From positions 10,671-74,670 of the forward strand of contig JBILGT010000003.1 of the NCBI GenBank assembly GCA_044350895.1: DNA of 64,000 nt, written 5' to 3'. Below are positions 47,281 through 56,997 of the stretch, piece by piece. Positions within the stretch are counted from its first letter, which is position 1; each line of letters begins with the position of its first letter. The translations under genes were made by a program, and so were the position numbers. The notes below the pieces were generated by a model that had not been told where the DNA came from, ran no database searches, and saw only the letters and a program-made list of their open reading frames with translations. This DNA is from Limisphaerales bacterium. Its GTDB lineage: Bacteria; Patescibacteriota; Microgenomatia; UBA1400; PJMF01.

Positions 47281-47328
47281 GGCGAGGGTGTGTTCTGTGT
47301 CATAACTCCCGCCATCGCGGGTTTTTTT
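47268..47328 (+). promoter_or_regulatory. Transcription attenuator (antiterminator/terminator) of trpS
   Basis: Terminator CCCGC-CATC-GCGGG-T7 (47308-47328); GGCGAGGGT (47281-47289) can pair with ACTCCCGCC (47305-47313). Confidence 0.78.
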
Positions 47329-47403
47329 GTAATTACTCGCGATTGCTGCAAAACACAGGTGAAATAAGTACAATCAATTAATTGAATTAATAAGGAAATA
47401 ACT

Positions 47404-48462
47404 ATGACAACAACACAATCAAGTGAAACACAACAAAAACGAGTCCTCTCAGGTATCAGAGCCACAGGAAGACTACATTTAGGTAACTACTTAGGTGCTG
47501 TGAAAGGCATGCTTGAGCTGCAAAAAGATTCGAGCATCGAGACTTTGTACATGGTGGCAGATATTCATACCATTACAACTCCATATAAAGTTGCTGAGTT
47601 GCGCGATAATCGCCGTCAAGTAATCATGGACTATTTGGCAGCTGGTCTTGATCCTGAAAAATCAATATTGTTCTTGCAATCAATGGTGCCACAGCACACT
47701 GAACTTTCTTTTTACTTTTCTTCAGTCATGAGTATTGCTCGTATGCAGCATCTCCCCACGTTTAAAGATAAAGTGAAGCAGTATCCAGATTTTGCTACTA
47801 TGGCGCTGCTTAACTATCCTATTTTAATGAGTGCAGATATTTTGGTCTACAAAGCTGGCCTTGTACCTGTAGGTATTGATCAGGAACCACATCTGGAAAT
47901 TGCCCGAGAGGTTGCTCGAAAAATGAATGAGCAGTATGGATTGGATTTCCCTGAACCACAACGATTTGCTACAAAAGCAGAATATGTCCCATCCCTCAAA
48001 GGCGAAGGAAAGATGAGTAAAAGTGTGGAAGGCAGTTTCATTAACTTAACAGATGACGAAGCGACTATTCTCAAAAGACTTTCAGCTGCCCCAACCGATT
48101 CTGGCAAGGGCAAAATTGTTAAGGCCGAAGGCAAATTTGAAAAGAGTTATGTTGATCAAGCTGGCACAGTATCAAGTGGTGGAGTCCAGAGTTTGCTAGA
48201 ATTTGTAGAACTCTTCCAAGGGATGGACAAACGCAGTGAGTACGAAGCAGCGTATCAAAGTTCTGGCATTCGCTACGGTGACCTTAAAAAAGAACTTGCA
48301 CAAGCAATTTACAAGGAGCTTCAACCAATTCAAGAAAAACGTGAACAACTTGAAGCAGATACTGACTATGTCGATTCAGTGATAGAATCTGGTGCAGCAC
48401 GTGCACAAGCAATTGCGCAAAAAACAGTGATGCAAGTACGTGAAGCAATGGGACTTGGATAA
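47404..48462 (+). CDS. trpS: Tryptophan-tRNA ligase
   Basis: HLGN (HIGH), YPILMSADIL, VPVGIDQ, KMSKS. Confidence 0.98.
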   Translation: MTTTQSSETQQKRVLSGIRATGRLHLGNYLGAVKGMLELQKDSSIETLYMVADIHTITTPYKVAELRDNRRQVIMDYLAAGLDPEKSILFLQSMVPQHTELSFYFSSVMSIARMQHLPTFKDKVKQYPDFATMALLNYPILMSADILVYKAGLVPVGIDQEPHLEIAREVARKMNEQYGLDFPEPQRFATKAEYVPSLKGEGKMSKSVEGSFINLTDDEATILKRLSAAPTDSGKGKIVKAEGKFEKSYVDQAGTVSSGGVQSLLEFVELFQGMDKRSEYEAAYQSSGIRYGDLKKELAQAIYKELQPIQEKREQLEADTDYVDSVIESGAARAQAIAQKTVMQVREAMGLG

Positions 48463-48486
48463 TCAGTTGATAGAATTAAGGAGCAT

Positions 48487-48822
48487 ATGACACAAAAACC
48501 ATCAATTCAGTATGACGACTTTGCCAAGCTCGATATTCGAGTTGTAACTATTATTGAAGCCACAGAGATTGAGGGTGCAGATAAACTGCTCAAGCTCGTT
48601 TTAGATGCTGGAGAGCTCGGTAGCAGAACAGTTGCATCTGGTATTAAGCCTTGGTATAAACCAGAAGACTTGGTGGGCAAACAAATTTTATACTTAGCCA
48701 ATCTGGAGCCAAGAATGTTGCGTGGCGTTGAGAGCCAAGGAATGATCATTGCCGCAGGTGGAGTTGATGCTGTGTTGGTACAGCCAGACAAGCAGATTGA
48801 AAATGGATCGATAGTTAGATAA
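48487..48822 (+). CDS. tRNA-binding OB-fold protein (MetRS C-domain / Trbp111 / CsaA)
   Basis: DDFAKLDIRV, ADKLL, NLEPR, SQGMI. Confidence 0.88.
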   Translation: MTQKPSIQYDDFAKLDIRVVTIIEATEIEGADKLLKLVLDAGELGSRTVASGIKPWYKPEDLVGKQILYLANLEPRMLRGVESQGMIIAAGGVDAVLVQPDKQIENGSIVR

Positions 48823-48926
48823 TTTTCTCTGCTAGAGTCATTCTGTTCTTGCAAAATCCTTGCTACACTCTTACAGTACTTTTCGTGTCGATGCATGAAA
48901 AATCATGATAAAATAGGCGAACATCT

Positions 48927-50852
48927 ATGGTTAAACAAACTCAAGTCCCTCCAACAAATAGCACTCCAACTCCCCGAAATGGGCATGCAGAAAATCAGTC
49001 AAATGCTCCAAAAAACAAGCAGTCAGGTATGAATTTTCTTCCATTCAATATGAATGGGATGTGGAATAAGGGCCTCTTATACGTCTTTATTGGTTTGCTC
49101 TTTTTGCCATTTATTTTTTCCTACTTTGGTGGTGAGACAAACAAACGCATTTCTTTAAGTCAATTAATTCAAGATGTCCGTCAACAACAAGTTGAAAAAA
49201 TTCAAGTTACCGGTAACAATCTTGCAGTCTTTTACAAAGATAACTCCCAGCGCGTTACCAGAATGGAAGATGCTCAAGATTTGGTGTCAGTATTTGAGGC
49301 TGCTGATATTGACCTCAACGCTACCAATATTGAAGTGACGAGTGTCTCTGTCTGGAATGTTTTATGGGATCTACTCTTGACCATTTTGCCTATCATTCTG
49401 ATGGTAGTTGTATTTTTCTTTATCTTCCGCCAAGCACGTGGTGCTCAAGATGGCATTATGGGAATTGGGCGCAGTAAAGCAAAGCTTTTTGTTCGTGGCA
49501 AACAAAATATTTCTTTCAAAGACGTTGGTGGTATGGAAGAAGCCAAACAAGAACTTGAGGAAATTGTTGATTTCTTAAAAGATCCTCGAAAATATAAAAA
49601 AGTTGGTGCACGCACACCAAAAGGTGTATTGCTTGTTGGTCCATCTGGAACTGGAAAAACGTTATTAGCACGAGCGGTGGCTGGTGAAGCAAACACACAG
49701 TTCCTTTCAATTGCTGGTAGTGAATTTATGGAAATGTTGGTGGGTGTGGGTGCATCACGCGTGCGTGATTTATTTGCCACTGCCAAAAAACTCTCTCCAG
49801 CCATTATTTTTATTGATGAGATTGATGCAATTGGTCGTGTACGTGGCCATGGCAGTATGGGTGGACATGATGAGCGTGAACAAACCCTCAACCAAATTCT
49901 TGTTGAGATGGATGGATTCACTCCAAATGATAACGTGATAGTGATGGCTGCTACCAATCGTGGCGATATGCTTGATCCAGCGTTGGTGCGTCCAGGCCGT
50001 TTTGACCGCCGTGTCACTGTTAACCTTCCTGATTTAGAAGAGCGTAAATTTATTCTTTCCATTCATGCTAAAGGCAAACCTTTCTCCAAAACAGTAAATT
50101 GGGAGAAGATTGCTCGACGCACTGTGGGCTTTTCTGGAGCTGATATTGAAAACATGCTCAATGAATCTGCAATCGCAATTGCTCGAGAAAACAGAGAAGA
50201 AATTACTTCAGATGATCTTGAAGAAGCATCACTCAAAGTTAAGATGGGACCAAGTAAAAAGCGATTACACAATGAACTCGAGCGCAAAATGACTGCCTAT
50301 CATGAAGCAGGTCACGCTATTGTGGCTCACGTTTCACGACATTCTGATCCAGTGCACAGAATTTCGATAGTCTCACGAGGTCAAGCACTTGGCTTTACAT
50401 TGACTCCTCCAGAACGCGATAAAGTCCAAACAACTCAGTCAGAACTGCAAGATGAACTAGCTGTTCTACTTGGTGGACGTGCCGCTGAAATTGCTATATT
50501 TAAAGAACTCACAGCAGGTGCCAGTAGCGACATTGAGCGTGCCACACGTATTGCTCGCGCTATGGTTATGGATTATGGTATGAGTCCACTGGGACCAATG
50601 AACTTTAATCCTCAATACGATATGAGTTATGCTCGAGCTGGTGGTGAACCACAAAAAATCTCTGAAGCATTACAAGAAAAGGTTGATAAAGAAGTTTCAA
50701 AATTGATTGATGAAGGTCAAAAAGCAGCAATAGAAATACTTAAAAAATACAGCAAGAAGTTGGATGAAGTGTCTATTAAACTGCTTGAAGTTGAAACACT
50801 TGATGGTGATGAGTTTACGGCACTCATGGGTGAGGCAAAAGCTAAAGTTTAA
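48927..50852 (+). CDS. ftsH: ATP-dependent zinc metalloprotease FtsH
   Basis: Two TMs, [24 protein letters not shown]. Confidence 0.98.
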   Translation: MVKQTQVPPTNSTPTPRNGHAENQSNAPKNKQSGMNFLPFNMNGMWNKGLLYVFIGLLFLPFIFSYFGGETNKRISLSQLIQDVRQQQVEKIQVTGNNLAVFYKDNSQRVTRMEDAQDLVSVFEAADIDLNATNIEVTSVSVWNVLWDLLLTILPIILMVVVFFFIFRQARGAQDGIMGIGRSKAKLFVRGKQNISFKDVGGMEEAKQELEEIVDFLKDPRKYKKVGARTPKGVLLVGPSGTGKTLLARAVAGEANTQFLSIAGSEFMEMLVGVGASRVRDLFATAKKLSPAIIFIDEIDAIGRVRGHGSMGGHDEREQTLNQILVEMDGFTPNDNVIVMAATNRGDMLDPALVRPGRFDRRVTVNLPDLEERKFILSIHAKGKPFSKTVNWEKIARRTVGFSGADIENMLNESAIAIARENREEITSDDLEEASLKVKMGPSKKRLHNELERKMTAYHEAGHAIVAHVSRHSDPVHRISIVSRGQALGFTLTPPERDKVQTTQSELQDELAVLLGGRAAEIAIFKELTAGASSDIERATRIARAMVMDYGMSPLGPMNFNPQYDMSYARAGGEPQKISEALQEKVDKEVSKLIDEGQKAAIEILKKYSKKLDEVSIKLLEVETLDGDEFTALMGEAKAKV

Positions 50853-50870
50853 TGTGGTAAACTTTTTGAC

Positions 50871-51821
50871 ATGCAAGAACAAATCCCTCGCTTTATGATT
50901 GTTGATGGGCACGGTTTGATTTACCGTGCGTATCATGCATTTCCGCCCCTTACAGCTCCTGATGGTTTGATGGTGAATGCAGTTTATGGCTTTGCCAGAA
51001 TTCTTTTAACCGCCATAGATGAGTATGATCCCACCTACATCGCTGTGGCGTTTGATCACAAAAAACCAACACTTCGCTCTCAAGAATATGCGGAGTACAA
51101 GGCTCATCGACCTAAAATGCCAGATGATTTGCGCGCTCAAATTGACCTCGTAAAAGAAGTTGTTACGACATTAAATATTCCCCAATTTGAACTTGAAGGG
51201 TATGAAGCTGATGACTTGATCGGGACAGTGACTCGACTGGTTGCTACAGATCCTGCACTAGAAGTGATGAACTTGGTTGTGACGGGTGACAAAGATCTGC
51301 TCCAACTTGTAGACGAAGGTACTCATGTATGGATTCCTGCTCGTGGTAAGTTTGGCGGCAATGTTGAGTATGGTGCTGCTGAAGTTGTTACAAAAATGGG
51401 TGTCAAACCTCTCCAGATCCCAGATTTAAAAGCACTAATGGGAGATTCATCAGATAATATTCCAGGTGTCAAAGGCGTCGGTCCCAAAACGGCTGCCACA
51501 CTCATTACCAAGTACGAAACGTTAGAGAAGGTATACGATCGAGTGAGTTATTTACAAGTAAATCCCACAGAAAAAGATCCACAAATAAAAGGCGCGCTCT
51601 TTGAAAATTTGGTTGGAGATAAAGAAAATGCTTTTCTGAGTAAACGACTTGCCACTATTGATAGGAACGTGCCAATTGAATTTACATTAGAACCTTGCCG
51701 CGTTTGCGACTATGATAAGTCTAAGGCAGTAGAACTTTTTGAGCGTATGGATTTTAAATCGCTCATTCCACTACTTCCTGATGACAATTTTGATGCAGGC
51801 ATCCAGGATGCACTGTTTTAA
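50871..51821 (+). CDS. Stand-alone 5'-3' exonuclease / flap endonuclease (PolA N-domain)
   Basis: DGHGLIYRAYHA, YKAHR, EADD, GDKD, GDSSDNIPGV; no polymerase domain. Confidence 0.92.
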   Translation: MQEQIPRFMIVDGHGLIYRAYHAFPPLTAPDGLMVNAVYGFARILLTAIDEYDPTYIAVAFDHKKPTLRSQEYAEYKAHRPKMPDDLRAQIDLVKEVVTTLNIPQFELEGYEADDLIGTVTRLVATDPALEVMNLVVTGDKDLLQLVDEGTHVWIPARGKFGGNVEYGAAEVVTKMGVKPLQIPDLKALMGDSSDNIPGVKGVGPKTAATLITKYETLEKVYDRVSYLQVNPTEKDPQIKGALFENLVGDKENAFLSKRLATIDRNVPIEFTLEPCRVCDYDKSKAVELFERMDFKSLIPLLPDDNFDAGIQDALF

Positions 51822-51824
51822 AAA

Positions 51825-52931
51825 ATGAAAAAACAACCACGCATAGCACTCATTCATGACTACTTGATTGAGTATGGTGGTGCAGAGCGGGTGCTTGAGG
51901 CACTCCACGAGTTATATCCTGATGCACCTGTCTACACATCTTTCATAAACAAGGAATCTCTGGGAATTCATTGGCAGCGGTTTGCAGACTGGGATATAAC
52001 TGAAACCTGGATTTCAAAGTTACCTTTTTATAAAAAATTGCACTCTCCATACAGATTATTTGCTCCAGCAGCCTTTAAATCGCTCGATCTGTCAGATTTT
52101 GATGTAGTGATTTCATCATCCAATGCGTACTATGCCAAGGCTGTACACGTCCCAAATGGTGTGCATATCTGCTACTGTCACACGCCACCACGCTCACTCT
52201 ATGGCTATGCAACAATGACTGACTGGCAACAAAATCCAGTAACTCATTTTTTTGGTTCACTCATCAATCATTATTTGCGAATTATTGATTTTAAAATTTC
52301 TCAAGAAGTCACCCAGTTCCTCACCAATTCTCAAGAAACAGCACGACGAATTGCCAAGTTTTACAAGCGTGAAGCAACTGTTATTTATCCACCAGTGGAA
52401 GTGCCAGACTCTCTCCCTACAAGTACCAAAAAAACAGGTGATTCATATTTTTTGTATGTTAATCGATTGGCATTTGCCAAGCACCCAGAGATTGCCATTG
52501 CCGCATGTGCAGAGTTACAAGTACCACTTAAAGTGGTGGGGACTGGTAAATTACTTCCTGAACTGAAAAAAATGGCTCATGAAAATATAGAATTTCTTGG
52601 GGCAGTGGATGATGAAACGCTTCATACGTTGTATACCAATGCAACAGCACTACTGTATCCTGTGGAAGATGAAGATTTTGGCATCGTCCCGATTGAAGCA
52701 ATGGGATATGGCGTGCCGGTGATTGCGCATAATTCTGGAGGTCCACGCGAGACAATTATTGATGGTAAAACTGGAGTGCTCTTTGATAATCTCTCAGTTG
52801 CAGGATTGGTGCGTGCCATTGAAAAGAGTAGAACCATACAATTCACTAGTGAAATAATTCACAAACATGCGCTACAATTCAGAAAAGAAGTTTTTCTTAA
52901 AAGAATTGCAGAGTTTGTAAAAAACTGCTGA
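51825..52931 (+). CDS. GT4 glycosyltransferase
   Basis: GGAERV, YCHTP, EDFGIVPIEAM. Confidence 0.92.
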   Translation: MKKQPRIALIHDYLIEYGGAERVLEALHELYPDAPVYTSFINKESLGIHWQRFADWDITETWISKLPFYKKLHSPYRLFAPAAFKSLDLSDFDVVISSSNAYYAKAVHVPNGVHICYCHTPPRSLYGYATMTDWQQNPVTHFFGSLINHYLRIIDFKISQEVTQFLTNSQETARRIAKFYKREATVIYPPVEVPDSLPTSTKKTGDSYFLYVNRLAFAKHPEIAIAACAELQVPLKVVGTGKLLPELKKMAHENIEFLGAVDDETLHTLYTNATALLYPVEDEDFGIVPIEAMGYGVPVIAHNSGGPRETIIDGKTGVLFDNLSVAGLVRAIEKSRTIQFTSEIIHKHALQFRKEVFLKRIAEFVKNC

Positions 52932-52944
52932 GGTACTTGAACCT

Positions 52945-53361
52945 ATGACTCCAAACGCAGGTGAAGTAGAACAAAGATTTGCACTTCAAGCTCCACTAAA
53001 TGTTTTCGAGCTCAAATTATTACTTCATATAACGGGTTTATACCCCAAAGAACCATTTCTGTATCCTGGTGATTGTTCACATAATTATCAAGAATTATTT
53101 GCCAAGGGACTACGATTTCACCCAAATGTGCATTGTTTAGTGGTTCCCGTTGGCTGTGATTTGCAACAATATACAGTAAAGACCAAGGGTTTTGATCCAG
53201 GTACTTACCAACTTGCGATTTTCTGTCAGGTTACTGGCAAGCGCTTTGAACCATTTGATCGACCGCACGTGCTTAAAAATGATGACACCGGCGAAATACT
53301 TCGAGTATGTCACGAAGGCATGGATTGGCTGATTGCCCAAGGTTGGAAAAAAGTGAGCTAG
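52945..53361 (+). CDS. Hypothetical protein
   Basis: 138-aa ORF with SD GAGG. Confidence 0.6.
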   Translation: MTPNAGEVEQRFALQAPLNVFELKLLLHITGLYPKEPFLYPGDCSHNYQELFAKGLRFHPNVHCLVVPVGCDLQQYTVKTKGFDPGTYQLAIFCQVTGKRFEPFDRPHVLKNDDTGEILRVCHEGMDWLIAQGWKKVS

Positions 53362-53374
53362 AGTCTCAGAAATT

Positions 53375-54811
53375 TTACTGTTTATCAATTTGAATTAAAG
53401 CGACTTCAGATGGACCCATTGGAATTGTAAGTTGAAGATTTGTTTCAACAGTAGATGCCGTTGTTGTCTCACGTTGTTTATTTAAAAAGATTTTAGTAAC
53501 CTGATAATTGCCTGGTACCAAATTCTGAAAAGTAACTGGAACAGCTTCTACATTTCTTGCTTGTGGATCATAGTTGGCAAGCAAAACCTGGAAAGACTGA
53601 TCATTTACCTTTGTCCCAATTGCTTTGACATACGTTCCTTTACCAAGCGTTTGCAATCGTTCTGGCCCGAGCAGTTCAAGCATGGTGAGAGCTTTATACC
53701 GTGGTTTTGGTTGTGAACCAAAGTCTCCATGCGTGAACAGCCCCCAGCGGCCCCATTGAGCTTTTCCAGCAGGGTCTTTTCCGTCCTGAATTTCAAAAGC
53801 AAAAGCGCGGTCAATAACTCCAATCATCTCAATTGAAGCTGCTGCAGTGTGGGCGGCACCAAAGCTGTTGTCATAGCCAGCATTATTTTTGCTGTCATGA
53901 CCCCATTCAGTGATATGAAATTCTACAGTTGGTTTAAGCTGTGGGTATGCCTCAATCCAACTTTGAACTTCAAACATGTCTTGTTTGTACCGGTTGATGT
54001 CGGTGTCATACCGATGCCATGAGAAAAAATCGAATCGCAAGTTATTGGCAATTACATGTTTTGCCAATGCATCAAACCAGTTTTTATATAATGCTGTAAT
54101 CGCTGGTCCACCAATTTTAAATGGCTGAGAAACACGTGCATTTTGAGCTCCTTTGGCAGCGAATTCATATAAGGTCAGATAGTTGCGCTCGCCATAATAC
54201 TTCCAGCCACCAAAAAGATCTGGTTCATTCCAAACTTCATAGTAAACATCTGGAGTATTGCGTGCACCGCTGATATGTTCGATTGTTTTTTGAACTGTTA
54301 GTTGCCAGTCTTCATACCGCTGTGGTGGAGCGACAATATCACCGCTACTAATAACCGGCGGCATATATGAAAGAGAAATGTATGGTTTGGCTCCAGTTGC
54401 TTTAATATCATCAAGTAGTCCATCAAGCTTTGTGAAATTAAAACTCAGATTGCCAGGGACACCTTGGACGATGTCATAAAAGTCATAGAGATGGTCAATA
54501 CGGATATATTCAGGATGAATAGCTTTAACTTGAGCGACAAGTGGCTGTAAACGCCAGCCGTGATCTTCCCCACCTTGCGCGAGATTCCGCCAAGGTCGTG
54601 GAAGTGGACCGATCACGCCTTGTGTATCAATGACAATATTGGCTGGTTCTGAATTGGCTCGTGAAATGTATTCTCGAACTACATCAAAGCCGCGGACGCC
54701 AAAAATCAAAGCAAGCGAAATGACAACCAAGCCCACTGCTTTCCAGATATAGACTGACTTTGTAACTTTTTTGCCATTTCGATGTGACATTTGTAACTGT
54801 AATAGTGCCAT
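53375..54811 (-). CDS. GH39-like glycoside hydrolase, membrane-anchored
   Basis: YEVWNEPD (acid/base), DFFSWH, ITEWG (nucleophile); N-terminal TM. Confidence 0.85.
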   Translation of the reverse strand: MALLQLQMSHRNGKKVTKSVYIWKAVGLVVISLALIFGVRGFDVVREYISRANSEPANIVIDTQGVIGPLPRPWRNLAQGGEDHGWRLQPLVAQVKAIHPEYIRIDHLYDFYDIVQGVPGNLSFNFTKLDGLLDDIKATGAKPYISLSYMPPVISSGDIVAPPQRYEDWQLTVQKTIEHISGARNTPDVYYEVWNEPDLFGGWKYYGERNYLTLYEFAAKGAQNARVSQPFKIGGPAITALYKNWFDALAKHVIANNLRFDFFSWHRYDTDINRYKQDMFEVQSWIEAYPQLKPTVEFHITEWGHDSKNNAGYDNSFGAAHTAAASIEMIGVIDRAFAFEIQDGKDPAGKAQWGRWGLFTHGDFGSQPKPRYKALTMLELLGPERLQTLGKGTYVKAIGTKVNDQSFQVLLANYDPQARNVEAVPVTFQNLVPGNYQVTKIFLNKQRETTTASTVETNLQLTIPMGPSEVALIQIDKQ

Positions 54812-54847
54812 ATTTCTAATTCTCAGAGTAGTAGTGGAATATGTAAT

Positions 54848-54882
54848 TTGACTTTTTAGCAAACAAGATATATTATTGCTAA
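54848..54882 (+). promoter_or_regulatory. hrcA promoter overlapped by a degenerate CIRCE
   Basis: TTGACT(54848)-17-TATTAT; TTAGCAAAC-N9-TATTGCTAA at 54856-54882. Confidence 0.65.
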
Positions 54883-54939
54883 TAACCAAGCTTTTTTTCA
54901 TTGCTTGATTGTAAAAACGTAATTGCGTATAACAAAGAT

Positions 54940-55662
54940 ATGATTGATCTTACAGCCAGACAAATCCAGATTTTACGCGCCATTATTCAAGAATTTATCG
55001 AAACTGCCGAACCAGTTGGCTCTGATACGATCGATAAAAAGTATTCTATTGGTGTTTCCCCAGCCACTATCCGCAATGAGATGGTGCAACTTACCAATCA
55101 AGGCTACCTCAACAAACATCACAGTAGTGCTGGCCGTATCCCTACCTCTGTCGCTCTAAAGTTGTATGTCAACGAGCTCATGAAAGAAAAAGAACTTTCA
55201 GTGGCAGATGAAGTTTCTGCAAAAGAAAAAATCTGGCATACCAAAAATGAACTGGATGACTTACTTGGTGAACTTACAAAAGTTCTCGCAGATAAATCTA
55301 AAGCATTGGGTTTAACATTGATTAACGATAAACGGATTATCCATTCTGGATATGCAAATTTACTTGATATGCCAGAATTTTATGATATCAATGTTATGCG
55401 CCAAGTGTTGCGTTTGATTGAAGAAGTTAAAATTCTTGAAGAAATCTTTTCGCACAGCAACAGTGATAACCAAGTCCAAGTTGTATATGGTCAAGAGCTG
55501 GGTAATAAAGTTCTAGAACCAATTGGTTTAATCCATATGACATTTGTAGTGCGTGGCTCACGGTGCAGAGTCGGCGTGCTTGGCTCAAGTCGTTTTGACT
55601 ATGCGTACATTATTCCAATGATGAAGTATGTGCGAACACTCGTAAAAGAAATGGTCGAGTAA
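54940..55662 (+). CDS. hrcA: Heat-inducible repressor HrcA (short form)
   Basis: RQIQIL, EPVGS, SPATIRNEM, HSSAGRIPT. Confidence 0.93.
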   Translation: MIDLTARQIQILRAIIQEFIETAEPVGSDTIDKKYSIGVSPATIRNEMVQLTNQGYLNKHHSSAGRIPTSVALKLYVNELMKEKELSVADEVSAKEKIWHTKNELDDLLGELTKVLADKSKALGLTLINDKRIIHSGYANLLDMPEFYDINVMRQVLRLIEEVKILEEIFSHSNSDNQVQVVYGQELGNKVLEPIGLIHMTFVVRGSRCRVGVLGSSRFDYAYIIPMMKYVRTLVKEMVE

Positions 55663-55721
55663 TTCCTCACCAAAAATTGTAGCAACTTGCCCAACTGTAA
55701 AAATAGAAAGTAGTGAGCGGT

Positions 55722-56222
55722 ATGAACGAACCTAAAAAAACTTCCCCAACACCAAATGATGATCTACAACTAGATCCTGCAGTTGCGCAGCTGAGCGATA
55801 AAATTGCAGAACTTGAAGCGCAAATCGCCCAAGCCAAAGATAGTGCGTTACGTGCCCAAGCAGATTACCAAAACCTCCAACGTCGTTCTCGAGAAGAAAA
55901 AGCCCACGTGACTAAATTCGCTACCAAGGCATTGGTTGAAGACATGCTTGAGCCACTCGAACATTTGAGCATGACTGCGGAACAACTCAAAAATCCAATT
56001 CTGGATATGGTCTTACAAAAGTTATGGAGTGTTCTTGAAGACCATGGTTTGCAAGAGCTCAAAGTTTTGGGAAAGCCGTATGATGTACTAGAGATGGAAG
56101 TGGTTGATTTGGTGGATGGTGCAACGGAATCAGATGGTGTTGTGGTTAAAATTGTGAAGCGCGGCTACTCGATCAACGGTGCAATAATCCAGCACGCAAA
56201 AGTAGTAATTGGGAAAAAATAG
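55722..56222 (+). CDS. grpE: Nucleotide exchange factor GrpE
   Basis: RAQADYQNLQRR, KRGY, HAKV. Confidence 0.93.
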   Translation: MNEPKKTSPTPNDDLQLDPAVAQLSDKIAELEAQIAQAKDSALRAQADYQNLQRRSREEKAHVTKFATKALVEDMLEPLEHLSMTAEQLKNPILDMVLQKLWSVLEDHGLQELKVLGKPYDVLEMEVVDLVDGATESDGVVVKIVKRGYSINGAIIQHAKVVIGKK

Positions 56223-56243
56223 AGTTTTAGAAGGAAACTTTGT

Positions 56244-56909
56244 ATGCAACCTCCAGAAAATATTAAGTATCCAAGTGCCGAAGAAGAGAATATAGACTTT
56301 CAAAGACTCTTCGCAGATATGAGCCGAGATGAAATTAGAGTGTTGTACGCACTTCTGGTAGGCGACTCACACTCCGAAGATATTGACCATGTGTATGAAA
56401 TTTTGAATTATGAATCTGAGATTGAAGTTTTTTCAAGAGAACAAATTGAGGAAATTCTGAAAAAGCTTGCTTCATCAGCAATCGGAGTTATCTCTCTAAA
56501 TAATGGTCAGATATATCGTAACACCGCATTTTTTACATTTCTTGATGGAGTAGTCAGAGCTGGGAAAACGCCACAAACTATCCATGAGGACTTGAAATCA
56601 AGCCAGCAAGTATTTCCCTGGTTAGCTGAGAGATTTAGCGTCCACCAGCAACATGTTTTAGCTGCTGTGATGCTACTTTCATTAACCCAGATGGAAAAGC
56701 AACAAATACTAGACTATATAGCTAGCGCAAGTGAAGTCGCTCATGATGTTACACCATTTGCAATGACTATGGCAGAAGTTGATGTTGCTCTAGCAGAGCT
56801 TGCTGAACAAGGTGTGATTAGTGTTGATGGGTCAATAGTACAGCGGATAGATACTCAATTTTTCGAAGAACTCGAACGAGATGTTTTAGGTAATTTTAGT
56901 GATACATAG
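56244..56909 (+). CDS. Hypothetical protein, possible tandem winged-helix repeats
   Basis: Two similar halves ending EILKKLAS..GVISL and ALAELAEQGVISV. Confidence 0.65.
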   Translation: MQPPENIKYPSAEEENIDFQRLFADMSRDEIRVLYALLVGDSHSEDIDHVYEILNYESEIEVFSREQIEEILKKLASSAIGVISLNNGQIYRNTAFFTFLDGVVRAGKTPQTIHEDLKSSQQVFPWLAERFSVHQQHVLAAVMLLSLTQMEKQQILDYIASASEVAHDVTPFAMTMAEVDVALAELAEQGVISVDGSIVQRIDTQFFEELERDVLGNFSDT

Positions 56910-56913
56910 GTTG

Positions 56914-56953
56914 CTAGCAGTGTATTGACTTAACTGCTAAGTTTGTGTATATT
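56914..56953 (+). promoter_or_regulatory. CIRCE operator plus promoter of dnaK
   Basis: CTAGCAGTG-N9-AACTGCTAA (56914-56940) containing TTGACT(56925)-17-TATATT. Confidence 0.8.
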
Positions 56954-56997
56954 TAGTTTTTAGAAATTTAAAACAATAGAGTAATAAAAGGAGCTAT

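Noticed and set aside
47161-47400. T-box riboswitch upstream of trpS
   Set aside because: No T-box consensus (GGTGGNACCGCG) or long stem I; the leader-peptide attenuator explains the region
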